From an uncultured Methanomassiliicoccales archaeon (GTDB lineage: Archaea > Thermoplasmatota > Thermoplasmata > Methanomassiliicoccales > CAZOLG01), in assembly GCA_964580935.1 (NCBI GenBank), contig CAZOLG010000003.1:217098-281097 (forward strand): 64,000 nt of DNA, written 5' to 3'. The notes beneath the pieces were generated by a model. The model was not told the origin of the DNA, did no database searches, and was given only the letters and a program-made list of their open reading frames with translations. Positions 48,799-58,311 of the stretch are shown piece after piece. Position 1 is the first letter of the stretch, and each line of letters opens with the position of its first letter. The position numbers and the translations under genes were made by a program.

Positions 48799-49938
48799 TT
48801 GCGCATTGATCTGGGAGATCGATACAACGGCAATGATATCATCCGTACCGTAATCTACATATTGTCTAAGGAAGGGGGAGAGCTCGACTATCTGCCCATC
48901 CGAATCAGCTATTCTAATGCTCCCTCGCTCGACAAGAGAATATACAGGAACATCACCCTCAAGTTTGACCGGTCGGAGTTAGACATATTGAACGAAGAAC
49001 AGGAACCTGAACTGAGGTCCGACAGGGAGTATGAACATCTGGAGGTACAGGTCAGGGGTGATGAGACCGATCACATTAACTCCTTTTTGGACAAATTCCG
49101 GGAATTGATCGGTACGGTGGGGGAGGAGGAATTCGAGGAGCTGAAGGGGGAGCAGACAGAGGAACGTGAGACCTACAGTGTACCCTCGCACACCGACTAT
49201 GGGGGGAGATACAGGCTACTGGTAGTCTTCCAAGACCATTACGGCCAGAGGATACTGGATCATGTAAAGGAACAGGCACCGCCCCACTGGGAGGTGGAAT
49301 CGCTGAATCTCCCCCCGGGCTTACCCCAGCTGATCGATGATCCCGCCCCCTACCTTCCAGAAGACTTCCCGGAGGTGGACGCTGTGCTGTTTCTTTCGGA
49401 GAGCCCCAACGCCCCTCAGCTGGCCGCAGATATCGTCAAGAGATGCAGGGCGAGAGGGCTGATCGCTCCCGTGGATAACGGAGAGTGGATGCCACCCGGT
49501 CAGATATACCAGCTGAAGAAGCGCCTGGACCAGTGGGGCGCAGAATACTCCTTCCCACGCCCCTTTTGTTCACTGGAGGAAGAGGACAAGCCCGCCGTAG
49601 ATGAATTTGCAAGGGAGTTCGGCAGACCCTCAGTGGAGATCAGGACCGAGGACGAGGAGACGGTTACCGAAGTGATAGTCAGGAGAGGATCTCCCTGTGG
49701 GTGCACCGATTTCGTGGCCGATAATCTGGAGGGAGAGCCGCTGGAAGAGGCCGTAGAGAAAGCAGGACTCTACCACCATCACTATCCCTGCCTGGCCTCT
49801 ATGGAGAGGGAGAAAGACCTGGACGATACGCTGATGCACGTTTCCGGATTCATCACCAAGAGTATGGTGGAGGAACAGATCAAGAAATACATCAAGAAGG
49901 AGGTCAGCTACATCGATCCCGAGCAGTTCAGGAGGTGA
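48799..49938 (+). CDS. Hypothetical protein; C-terminal Cys/His-rich domain (possibly DUF166-like) with an unrecognised ~145-aa N-terminal extension
   Basis: Clean 379-aa ORF with an apparent TTG start after CAGGAGG. C-terminal motifs are RRGSPCGCT and HHHYPCLASM. The family call is from memory only. Confidence 0.45.
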   Translation: MRIDLGDRYNGNDIIRTVIYILSKEGGELDYLPIRISYSNAPSLDKRIYRNITLKFDRSELDILNEEQEPELRSDREYEHLEVQVRGDETDHINSFLDKFRELIGTVGEEEFEELKGEQTEERETYSVPSHTDYGGRYRLLVVFQDHYGQRILDHVKEQAPPHWEVESLNLPPGLPQLIDDPAPYLPEDFPEVDAVLFLSESPNAPQLAADIVKRCRARGLIAPVDNGEWMPPGQIYQLKKRLDQWGAEYSFPRPFCSLEEEDKPAVDEFAREFGRPSVEIRTEDEETVTEVIVRRGSPCGCTDFVADNLEGEPLEEAVEKAGLYHHHYPCLASMEREKDLDDTLMHVSGFITKSMVEEQIKKYIKKEVSYIDPEQFRR

Positions 49939-50792
49939 GACTGGTGGACCGGCCTGTTCTCCTGTGGGCAGGGTTGAACGAACAGTCATTGGCGATAATT
50001 CGTACGGGGGGATTCACCGATATAGCACATCATGGGCGGATCGAGGCCGCCATGCACCTCGTGATTGCCCGCTTTGTTACACCTCAATACGCTGAGTAAC
50101 AGACTTCTTGTTCAATAGCATAACATATTGATCCAGAGGAGGTGACCGCCATGGACAGGCAGGTTCTATAAAACCCTCCTCAAGATGAATACGACCTGAT
50201 CGTGCTTGTATTCCTATCCTTTCTAATCGCAGGCATAGGTTCCCTCCCTTTGATCCTTCGGGGAGAACCGATATGGTCCATAGTGACATGGGCGGTGTCC
50301 CTCTCCGTTCTTGCGACCGCTTATCGATGGTATGATGCAAAGAAGCTCAAGTTCGTCCATGCCGACGATAGAGGTGTCGGCCTTCAATTGAAGAGAGAGA
50401 CCGATACCAGGAGATTGGATGGAACCAAATAGGGGGATATAGCCCGTCTATGGACCTGGAAACGGCAGATGGCTCATTTTCGTGTTTCCGCTCGTGTTCG
50501 AGAGGAAGGATGAAGAGGAGAAAGAGGGATGCTCTCACTTAGAGATGGTAGCAAGTATCGCTATCGTAGAAGGTCGTCGAGGCCCTGCTGTCAGGGTACT
50601 ACGAAGTTACTGGAGGATGGCCCGGCTGAGCCGCAGATGGAACCGATATGCTGCAAAAAAGATTGATACTCTTCCCTCTTTCAAGCCCCCGGAAATATGG
50701 TCACACTATCTTCGGATGAATGGTGATATATCTATTTCTCGAAAGTCATAAATAACTACGCTCTGCTTATTGATTCATAAGGGGGACTTGAA

Positions 50793-51065
50793 TTGGCTGA
50801 TGAGAATACAGTATACATTGGAAAGAAGCCCACGATGAACTATGTACTGGCGGTGGTAACCCAATTCAACAGCGGGTCTGAAGAAGTGGTGATCAAAGCC
50901 AGAGGTCGAGCGATCAGCAAGGCTGTTGACGTGGCAGAAATCGTTAGAAACAGGTTCGTTCAGGAAGCCACTGTGCAGGATATTCAGACAAAGACAGAGA
51001 AGCTTTCTGGTGAAGACGGCAAGACTGCCAATGTTTCTTCCATGGAAATATTTATGACCAAGTAG
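50793..51065 (+). CDS. albA: Alba (Sac10b) DNA/RNA-binding protein
   Basis: 90-aa protein: [19 protein letters not shown]......[23 protein letters not shown]. It has an apparent TTG start after AAGGGGGA. Confidence 0.85.
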
Positions 51066-51176
51066 AAGCGAAGCCTCCTATCAGATCCCGGGCCGGGGAT
51101 CAATGCCGCCTATTATAGCTAATGCGATTCATCGGATGTTAGACTATGGGGAACTTACTTCTGACCGATTGAGGTC

Positions 51177-51902
51177 TTACAGGAAGTTACCGATCTCCTT
51201 CTCCAGGCGGTTAACGTTTCTATCATCTAACGTATCTGGGTCATAGAGCACCAGGAGAATGGATCGAGTGGGTATGAACCTATCCTTGAGGGTCTGAATG
51301 AAGCGGAGCACGGTGCTGAATTCATTGTGAGTCAACAGGTACTCAAGCCCTCCGATCATGACCACCGACTCTGGGTAGTTGTCCAGTGACCGGAGGACAT
51401 AGGTGGTCAGCTGGTCCAGGTTGGTGGGGGATATGCATTTGAAATCGGTATCGCAAAAACTGCCGTTTCCGGAACGTGAGATCTCCGACTTTGTTAACCA
51501 TACCAGGCCGTAGACACCATCGCATCTATTCTCCAGTTCTCTGGGATTGATTCTGTGAGCGCACAGTCCAGAGTAGCCCCTTGACGTGATGTTGTTGAAC
51601 ACCGAGAATTCCTCTGCATTTGCGGATTCTTTGAGAAGATAGGTGTTCCCTTCCGTGATCTCTGATTTGATCTTCTCCTCTTTCTTCTCCTCTTTCAGGC
51701 TGATTTTCAACTCCCTCTCGATCGTCCTCTGTTTCTCCCTTACCATATCGGGGATGTCCATCTTCTTGGTCTTGATCAGCATCTGGATCTCTCTTGTACC
51801 GTAGCCCTTCATGGCCAGGGACACCAACTCATCCCAGGCCTCTCTCAACCCCTCTTCGTACCCGGCTAGGTATCCCCTGGCGTGATCTTTCTTGTCTGTC
51901 AA
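51177..51902 (-). CDS. DUF835-domain protein
   Basis: The C-terminal ~130 aa match my recollection of DUF835 (CISPTNLDQL...VVMIGGLEYLLTHNEFSTVLRFIQTLKD...). The N-terminal part is helical. Confidence 0.5.
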   Translation of the reverse strand: MTDKKDHARGYLAGYEEGLREAWDELVSLAMKGYGTREIQMLIKTKKMDIPDMVREKQRTIERELKISLKEEKKEEKIKSEITEGNTYLLKESANAEEFSVFNNITSRGYSGLCAHRINPRELENRCDGVYGLVWLTKSEISRSGNGSFCDTDFKCISPTNLDQLTTYVLRSLDNYPESVVMIGGLEYLLTHNEFSTVLRFIQTLKDRFIPTRSILLVLYDPDTLDDRNVNRLEKEIGNFL

Positions 51903-51976
51903 TGCATCCCTCTACTTCTCCAATTGGATGATTGAATAAAATTCTTTGTAGAGAAATTCGTAATTGGCTAAACCGA

Positions 51977-52624
51977 TTACACCTTGCGGAGTACCACCTT
52001 GAACAGCCTTTTGGGGAGTCCCCCCTCTTCGAACTCTTCCAGAGTCAACAGTCTGAACCCCTCTGTGTACCTCTTCACTTTCTCTTCGGAGAAATAGTGG
52101 ACCACGAAGTCGTTCATCTCCCACATATCCTCGCCCCGGTGTTCCCCCCGACCGTAATGGGGGTCATTCACATTCCTCACCGAGTAGATGCACAACCCTC
52201 CCGGTTTCAGTATCCTGTGCACCTCCTGGAAAATATACTCCAGCTCCGCCTCAGTTAATTCCATGGTGAAGAACATGTGAGAGTAACAAGCATCTACCGA
52301 TTCATCGTCGATGGGTATACCCACCCGTATGTCGCCCACTTCAGTGTAAAGATCGTCCTCTATCTCAAGTTCTCTGGCCTTCTCTTCCAGGCCACAAAGT
52401 CCCGTTTCCGCGTAATCAAAACCCTTCACTTCGATACCATTCTTCAGAAAGAATATTGCATCTCGACCGTGTCCGCACCCCAGCTCTGCTATTGTGTTAG
52501 TACCCTCCCTCCTGAAAAGTTGGAGAGTATCTCTGGCCAGGGGGCTGGGCTCCTCCCCAAAGCGGTATCTGTCCTTGGAGTAGACTCCTTCCCAGTGAGA
52601 TCGCTGATCCCTGCTGTCATCCAT
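51977..52624 (-). CDS. Class I SAM-dependent methyltransferase
   Basis: Motif I IAELGCGHGRD and post-I/II pattern. The start is set to MDDSRDQ (ATG 52624). Confidence 0.75.
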   Translation of the reverse strand: MDDSRDQRSHWEGVYSKDRYRFGEEPSPLARDTLQLFRREGTNTIAELGCGHGRDAIFFLKNGIEVKGFDYAETGLCGLEEKARELEIEDDLYTEVGDIRVGIPIDDESVDACYSHMFFTMELTEAELEYIFQEVHRILKPGGLCIYSVRNVNDPHYGRGEHRGEDMWEMNDFVVHYFSEEKVKRYTEGFRLLTLEEFEEGGLPKRLFKVVLRKV

Positions 52625-52728
52625 TATTATCGCCCCAGTGACTTGAATCCGGTGATGAGCAATTATGAATCGCTCATCTGCCCGTTTATCCAAAAGAATT
52701 AAGCACCCTATGGACTTTTTGGCACAAC

Positions 52729-54252
52729 ATGCGCTGCGCTGGGCCGTTCAAGGGTGCAAAAGCCACTCCAAAGAAGCTGGAGAAGGAGCTCTTGGAGAAA
52801 TCAAGACGACTGGCCGATGATCCCTCTCTTCTCTTACCCGAACCACTGGACAGCAGCTGGAGGTGCAAGTTCGGAGGGTACCTCAGGAAGATGAAGAAGG
52901 TGGCAAGATACAGTGATGATCCGGACAGACTCAAGTCCATGGCATCTCGCGGCAAACAGCTAGTGAGAGCCTACGCAGCTACTCTGTCATTGGCCGCGGC
53001 GGGAGAGATACCATTTGTGGCGACCACCTCCCTTCCCCACGGCGAGGTCTCGTACGCCGTCAGGGGCAAGGTGGATAAGGAAAAGCTGGTGGGCGTTCAA
53101 CATTTCGATGACCCCGACCTTAGACTGCTGGCCTATATGGATCTGGCCAAGAAGAAGAATTTCTATATTTACTCTGCCCCCAGTGGCCTCTATTGTTCCA
53201 AGAGGCCCAGCGCGCCCCAGGACTATGTGGAGGAGATGGTGAGACGCTCTCCGTATGAATTGGATTCGGAGGGGAAGTGCAGGCACGGAAACACAGGCAG
53301 CGGTCTGAGCCTCCTGTGGCAGTCGCCGGGCAAAGACCTCTTCGTCTGTTCTCAATGCCTCGAAGATGCCAGTCTGGCCAAACACCTGTCCAGCCGCATT
53401 GCGGCCAGAGATCCTCTGGACGATTTTCAAATCGATATCAAGCACGAGTTCGATTGTCGCGGGGAGTGCGATACCTGTCAGACCAGGGAAGCCTCCCGAT
53501 TGTCTTCCAAGTTGATCGATGAGTATTTTGCTGGAAAGCTCAGCGATAAGGAGTTGTTCTCCCGGTACCTTGAGGACAAACTGCATAACCTTCGTCGGTC
53601 TGGGAAATTACTCTACGTCATAGGAAACCGATGTTTCGGTGAGGACAAAGAGGCACTGGTGAGACAGTTGAAGGGAGACGCACTGAGCAAAGACACCCTC
53701 TCCTGGCTACTGGATAGGAAAGACTTACCCATTATCAGTGATACGAACGACATCAACTCGATACTGGAAGAAATATGGGCGGACCACGGTTTTGAGATGC
53801 TCACCCACGTGGCCTCGAAATCGGTGGCCAAGGAGGTGATCAATGGAGATGACCTCACCCCATCCAGGAAGCTGGAGGAAGCCAAGAGAAGACTGGAGAC
53901 CAGACAGATCAGGTCGGCACTCCCTGAATACTCATCGCTGGGCGAAATTGGGGAATTGGCCGATAAGCTGGCAAGAACATACAAGGTGGAGGGCAAGGAG
54001 GCCATGATCAGGATGATCGAGAACGAAAGCTGGAGGGGGTACCGTAACAGGTCGATTGCCTACGCTTTCCTCTCCGCCGTGCGCAAGGGAGAGGGTAAGT
54101 CCTGGCAATTCACACAGGAGGAAGAGGACTTCGGCGGGTACCTCTCGCAGTTCGCAGAAAAGGTCCTGGAATCGGATGGCGATGAGTACGATGATGCCCT
54201 CCGATTGCTGATCGAAGCCAGCGGTGCAGGGGAAGACATCGTAAGAAAGTAA
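52729..54252 (+). CDS. Hypothetical 507-aa protein with Cys clusters
   Basis: Long clean ORF with coding-like composition. Cys motifs are C-x20-CSQC and CRGECDTC. I recognise no family. Confidence 0.55.
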   Translation: MRCAGPFKGAKATPKKLEKELLEKSRRLADDPSLLLPEPLDSSWRCKFGGYLRKMKKVARYSDDPDRLKSMASRGKQLVRAYAATLSLAAAGEIPFVATTSLPHGEVSYAVRGKVDKEKLVGVQHFDDPDLRLLAYMDLAKKKNFYIYSAPSGLYCSKRPSAPQDYVEEMVRRSPYELDSEGKCRHGNTGSGLSLLWQSPGKDLFVCSQCLEDASLAKHLSSRIAARDPLDDFQIDIKHEFDCRGECDTCQTREASRLSSKLIDEYFAGKLSDKELFSRYLEDKLHNLRRSGKLLYVIGNRCFGEDKEALVRQLKGDALSKDTLSWLLDRKDLPIISDTNDINSILEEIWADHGFEMLTHVASKSVAKEVINGDDLTPSRKLEEAKRRLETRQIRSALPEYSSLGEIGELADKLARTYKVEGKEAMIRMIENESWRGYRNRSIAYAFLSAVRKGEGKSWQFTQEEEDFGGYLSQFAEKVLESDGDEYDDALRLLIEASGAGEDIVRK

Positions 54253-54254
54253 GT

Positions 54255-55274
54255 CTATCTGAAGTAACAGAAGTCCACCACGGCGTGGGAGATGGCCGGG
54301 GCATAGGACTTTATCTCTTTGATATTCAGCACATCGTAGCCATTTTCAGCATACCTTTGAAGGTCGTTCATTATGGAATCCTCCAATGAATCACTGGGGA
54401 ATGTATTATGGTAATGAATCACGCCTCCCGACTTCAACAGTTCAAGCGCCTTGGGAATGAACTGCTCAGTACTACCCACGTACCCCATGATCACCCTGTC
54501 CGCAAACCCCTCGCCCCCGAGGTCCCGGTTATCCCCCATGATGGGGGTGATCACATCATCTGCCCCATTGAGAGCAATATTCTCTTCCAGGTAATGGTAG
54601 GCCACCGGATTGAGCTCACAGGCCAGAATATTGTGGGGCCTTCCGTGGACTGCCAGGGGCAGGCTGAAATAACCGATGCCAGCGAACATATCCACGATGG
54701 TTTCACCAGCGCAATCCACCTCCGCCATCCTCACTCTCTCATCGATATTGCCCGATGAGAACATCACCTCTGAAACGTCCATCTTGTAGAGGACCCCGTT
54801 CTCTTTATGGATGGTCTCGGTGGACTCACCGAGCAGCACCTCCAGTTGGGGCCTCCGATATGTACCAGAGATAATGTCCACCTCTTCGCATACCGTCTCT
54901 GCGCCCAGGACTTCTGCGTACTTCCCGGCGATCACTTCCTTCGCGTCCTGCAGCATGTCAGGAATCCTCATCACCAGTACGTCTCCCAGCAACTCCCATT
55001 TGTGGGGTAGGTGTTTCTTCAGATGCTCGCTGATCTCGATCTCAGCCAGGATCCTGTCCATCGGGGACCTGTACGTGCAGCGTGAAGGCAATTCCCCGTC
55101 AGTGATCTCGAATCCGATCCGATCCGCCACCTGATCGCTCACACTCTCCTTAAGAGGTATCAGAACGTACTCCCCATCGTCGACTATCCTGAAGTCGTTC
55201 TCTATGAAGTCATTCAGAGAGAGCTCCCTTCTCACCCGTTCGCCCTTCTCTCTGGGAATCCTAGCCAGCTTCAT
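54255..55274 (-). CDS. trm5: tRNA (guanine37-N1)-methyltransferase Trm5 / Taw22 family
   Basis: Met-10+-like domain with SAM motif VDMFAGIGYFSLP and catalytic-region ELNP. Confidence 0.8.
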   Translation of the reverse strand: MKLARIPREKGERVRRELSLNDFIENDFRIVDDGEYVLIPLKESVSDQVADRIGFEITDGELPSRCTYRSPMDRILAEIEISEHLKKHLPHKWELLGDVLVMRIPDMLQDAKEVIAGKYAEVLGAETVCEEVDIISGTYRRPQLEVLLGESTETIHKENGVLYKMDVSEVMFSSGNIDERVRMAEVDCAGETIVDMFAGIGYFSLPLAVHGRPHNILACELNPVAYHYLEENIALNGADDVITPIMGDNRDLGGEGFADRVIMGYVGSTEQFIPKALELLKSGGVIHYHNTFPSDSLEDSIMNDLQRYAENGYDVLNIKEIKSYAPAISHAVVDFCYFR

Positions 55275-55293
55275 TCTATCTTACCCTAAACAC

Positions 55294-56460
55294 TTATCTC
55301 GGCCACAGGGAGCCCAGGATTTGGGGAGAGAACTTGAGGAGTGATGGGACGGCCTTCAGCACCGGCGGCACCATCACGCTGGGCCGATCGATATCTCCTT
55401 CCGTGAGCAGATCCTCCACCCCTTTCTTCTTGAAAATACCTCCCACCTCATTCAGCCTGCGATCATCAAGGTTGAGGAAAACCCTTCTGATCCTATAACC
55501 TCTCTTCAGCTCCTTCCCGATCTCATCCTTCCATCTGGATTCGTAGTTGGAGAGGGACGGCTCCGAGAAGTCCTGTTGTTCCAGAGCTTCGAGGGCTGTC
55601 TGGGCGGCGCACTCCGCAGCTGTGATACCAGTGTACAGTCCTCCCCCGCTGAGGGGTTTGGTCTGCCCTGCCGCATCACCCACCACCATCAGCCTCTCGC
55701 CGTAGGTACCAGGGAGCGTCCCTATGGGTATCACCCCGGCCCTGACGTTCAACCGTTCCTCTCCCTCCAGGCCCAGCCTCTTCAGCAGTGACTTCAAGAA
55801 ATGATTCGGAGTGTGCCCCGCGTTGGTGCACAGCCCCACTCTGGTGAATTCTCCACAGGGGATCATCCATGCGAAGAATCCGGGGGCCACATCGCTTCCC
55901 AGGAAGACCCGTACCCGGTCCTGGTCGTCGGCCCGATGATCGAGGTCCGTCTGTATGCCGTGGATCTGCTCCCTGGGTTCACCGAGGCCCGATACCTGGG
56001 CCACCCTGGATTTATATCCGTCGGCCCCGATCAGACATCTAGCGTCGATTACCTCATCTCCCCGGGGTGTATTCACCGTGATAGATACTCTATCATCCTG
56101 CAATTCATGTGAAAGATACTTGTGTTGAAATAAGAACTCCACTCCGTTGTCCACAGCTCTGTCATAACAAATCAGATCGAACTGTTCCCTGTCTATGACC
56201 ACTGCTTTGATGTCCTCGGACAATATGTTGAGCGATATCTCTCCCGGGAAGTGAATTTCAGCTCCCTTCAGCTTATTGAGGACGGTGGACCCCGCCCCCA
56301 CCTTTTCAAGCACCCTGGGACTGACCAGTCCGGCACACTGCACCGGATGTCCCACCCTGTCGTGCTCCTCCAGGACCGTGACTTCAAAATCCGAATCGAT
56401 ACGGGCGGCCACCGCACTCCCTATGGGGCCGCCCCCCACTACCAGCACGTCCGTATCCAT
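55294..56460 (-). CDS. Geranylgeranyl reductase family flavoprotein (archaeal lipid saturation)
   Basis: FAD motif VLVVGGGPIGS, motifs CAGLVS and VGDAAGQTKPLSGGG. Confidence 0.85.
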   Translation of the reverse strand: MDTDVLVVGGGPIGSAVAARIDSDFEVTVLEEHDRVGHPVQCAGLVSPRVLEKVGAGSTVLNKLKGAEIHFPGEISLNILSEDIKAVVIDREQFDLICYDRAVDNGVEFLFQHKYLSHELQDDRVSITVNTPRGDEVIDARCLIGADGYKSRVAQVSGLGEPREQIHGIQTDLDHRADDQDRVRVFLGSDVAPGFFAWMIPCGEFTRVGLCTNAGHTPNHFLKSLLKRLGLEGEERLNVRAGVIPIGTLPGTYGERLMVVGDAAGQTKPLSGGGLYTGITAAECAAQTALEALEQQDFSEPSLSNYESRWKDEIGKELKRGYRIRRVFLNLDDRRLNEVGGIFKKKGVEDLLTEGDIDRPSVMVPPVLKAVPSLLKFSPQILGSLWPR

Positions 56461-56490
56461 CTCTTGCTTCCAAGACTCCCTAGATATTAG

Positions 56491-56901
56491 TCATTTTGGT
56501 ATGTCGCTCCTCCCCTGGGCCAGCATTCCCAGTGGTATTACTAGAATTATCACCAGTGTGCCTATGAGGGGGATGGAAGAGAGTCCCAGATCTGCTATGT
56601 AGGAGAAGGCGAGTGGGACGAGAGCAGGGACAAAGATCGCTCCAATCAATAAGATCCCTCTTGCCCGCTCCGTCGAGTATGCCACCACCGCCTTCTCCAG
56701 TCTTTCTGGCATATCCTCCAGCACCAGCCTGTCCATAGAGATAAGATGTCTGCCCACTACCAGAGCAATGATGCCGAAGAACAGTATCTCCCAGGCGTCC
56801 AGAACGGTGAGGCTGGCAGTGAGTGATGAGAGCACAATTACAATGACCAGTGTGCCAAACTCGAAGAGAACGTGGGCCCATCTCCTTCGAAAGAGAGGCA
56901 A
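56491..56901 (-). CDS. Hypothetical polytopic membrane protein (may be the 3' part of a frameshifted longer gene)
   Basis: 136-aa ORF with four hydrophobic segments and an apparent TTG start. Membrane-like segments continue upstream in two other frames (56900-57036). Confidence 0.3.
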   Translation of the reverse strand: MPLFRRRWAHVLFEFGTLVIVIVLSSLTASLTVLDAWEILFFGIIALVVGRHLISMDRLVLEDMPERLEKAVVAYSTERARGILLIGAIFVPALVPLAFSYIADLGLSSIPLIGTLVIILVIPLGMLAQGRSDIPK

Positions 56902-57040
56902 CAGAGAGAACGAGGCCTATTCCAACGCCTATCCGCGAATAGACCAGGTGCACCTTCGGCCTCGATCCCGGTCAGGGGATAGAGCACCATAGGAACCATG
57001 GCTAAACTGAGCACGAGTTCCATACTCAGACCTATTCCCT

Positions 57041-57788
57041 TTATCGACCAGTACCTCTCCTCACCCACTTCTCCACCCCCTTGAGGGAAGGTTCCAGCGG
57101 CATTCCGTGTTCCCAATCGATGACCGTGCTGTACTGACCGAGTTCCATGATCAGGTTCTCCCTCCTGAGACGGGCAATATCTGTGGCCATGGATGCCCAT
57201 TCGGTCTGATGTATTCTCTCCCCCTCCCTCTCAAATGGCGGAGGGAGAAATGATCACCGCCTGATTGCTCCCTGCGCAGGAAGATGGCAGATTCGAGCAC
57301 ATCCTTGCCGCTCAACGGTGTGACGACGACGATCATCGATTCCATGGAGAAGAGATGACCACAAACGGGTCGGGCAGAGGGTGACCTCCCCCTTCCATGG
57401 TCACCTGTCTCTCCTGCATCGATTCGAACAGTGCAGCCCGGGTCTTTGGTGGTGCCCTGTTGATCTCATCTCCCAGCAGTTGTTGGTGAATATGGGCCCA
57501 CTTTTGGACTCGAACTCCGCTGAGCTCTGGTTGAGTACATAGGTGCCTGTGATGTCAACGGGCAACAGATCGGGAGTGAACTGGACACGCCTGAATTCGC
57601 ATCCACTGGCAGCAGCGAAACCCTTGGCTATCATCGTCTTCGCCAGTCCAGGGAAATCCTCGAACAGGATGCCCGTTGCACAGAATGCCAAGAAGCACTC
57701 TCTTCATCACCTCTCTCTTCCCCACTATAGCCCTTCCGACCTCATCCAGTATGTCCTCGCATATCTCATGAGTCCTCTCCACAATCAT
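57041..57788 (-). pseudogene. MoxR-like AAA+ ATPase gene with at least three frameshifts
   Basis: Fragments in different frames read in order as follows:
- MIVERTHEICEDILDEVGRAIVGKREVMKRVLLGILCNGH
- [45 protein letters not shown]...GPIFTN
- [42 protein letters not shown]
- further shifted remnants

The Walker B motif (GDEINRA) and sensor motifs are visible only after frame correction. Confidence 0.7.
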
Positions 57789-58291
57789 TCCATAGCCTCA
57801 ATCGCTTCGATTAACCTCGCCAAGTGGCGCTTAAACGGGTCCCCCGCTTCTTCCTTGATCCTATCACTTCCAGACATGAATTCGTTCCTGTAGTCGGTGG
57901 TCAGCAGTGTCTTCAGTTCATCATTCTCTATCAGAGGGCGGAGTCCCTGTTTGTTCTGAAAAGTCGTCTCCAACTCTGGGGACCGCCGGTACCTGACTCT
58001 GATCCTGTCCTTGAGCGTCCTCTTCAAATCCTGATGACACAACATCTGGCTGTATCGATACCCCTCGGCCCCCCTCCTGAGCCTGATCGACATCTTCTCC
58101 AGCTCACTCTTTCCCACCTTGGATTCTCTCTCCTCACTCTCCTGCCTTCCTGTACTGGGAAAGGAGCGGAGGATGAACACCGGTGATACGATTATCAGGA
58201 TAGTGAGGACCGTACCCCAGAACTCTTCTGGATCGGAGAACAGGTCCAGGTAGGCTGAGGAGAAAAACAGAAAGGTAAAGCCGATGGCCAC
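57785..58291 (-). CDS. Hypothetical membrane-anchored protein upstream of the MoxR remnant
   Basis: 168-aa ORF (apparent GVG/GTG-type start; GTG) with one or two N-terminal TM helices. It overlaps the MoxR start as ATGA. Intactness is uncertain. Confidence 0.35.
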   Translation of the reverse strand: MAIGFTFLFFSSAYLDLFSDPEEFWGTVLTILIIVSPVFILRSFPSTGRQESEERESKVGKSELEKMSIRLRRGAEGYRYSQMLCHQDLKRTLKDRIRVRYRRSPELETTFQNKQGLRPLIENDELKTLLTTDYRNEFMSGSDRIKEEAGDPFKRHLARLIEAIEAME

Positions 58292-58311
58292 GAACAGTAT
58301 GATTCATAACA

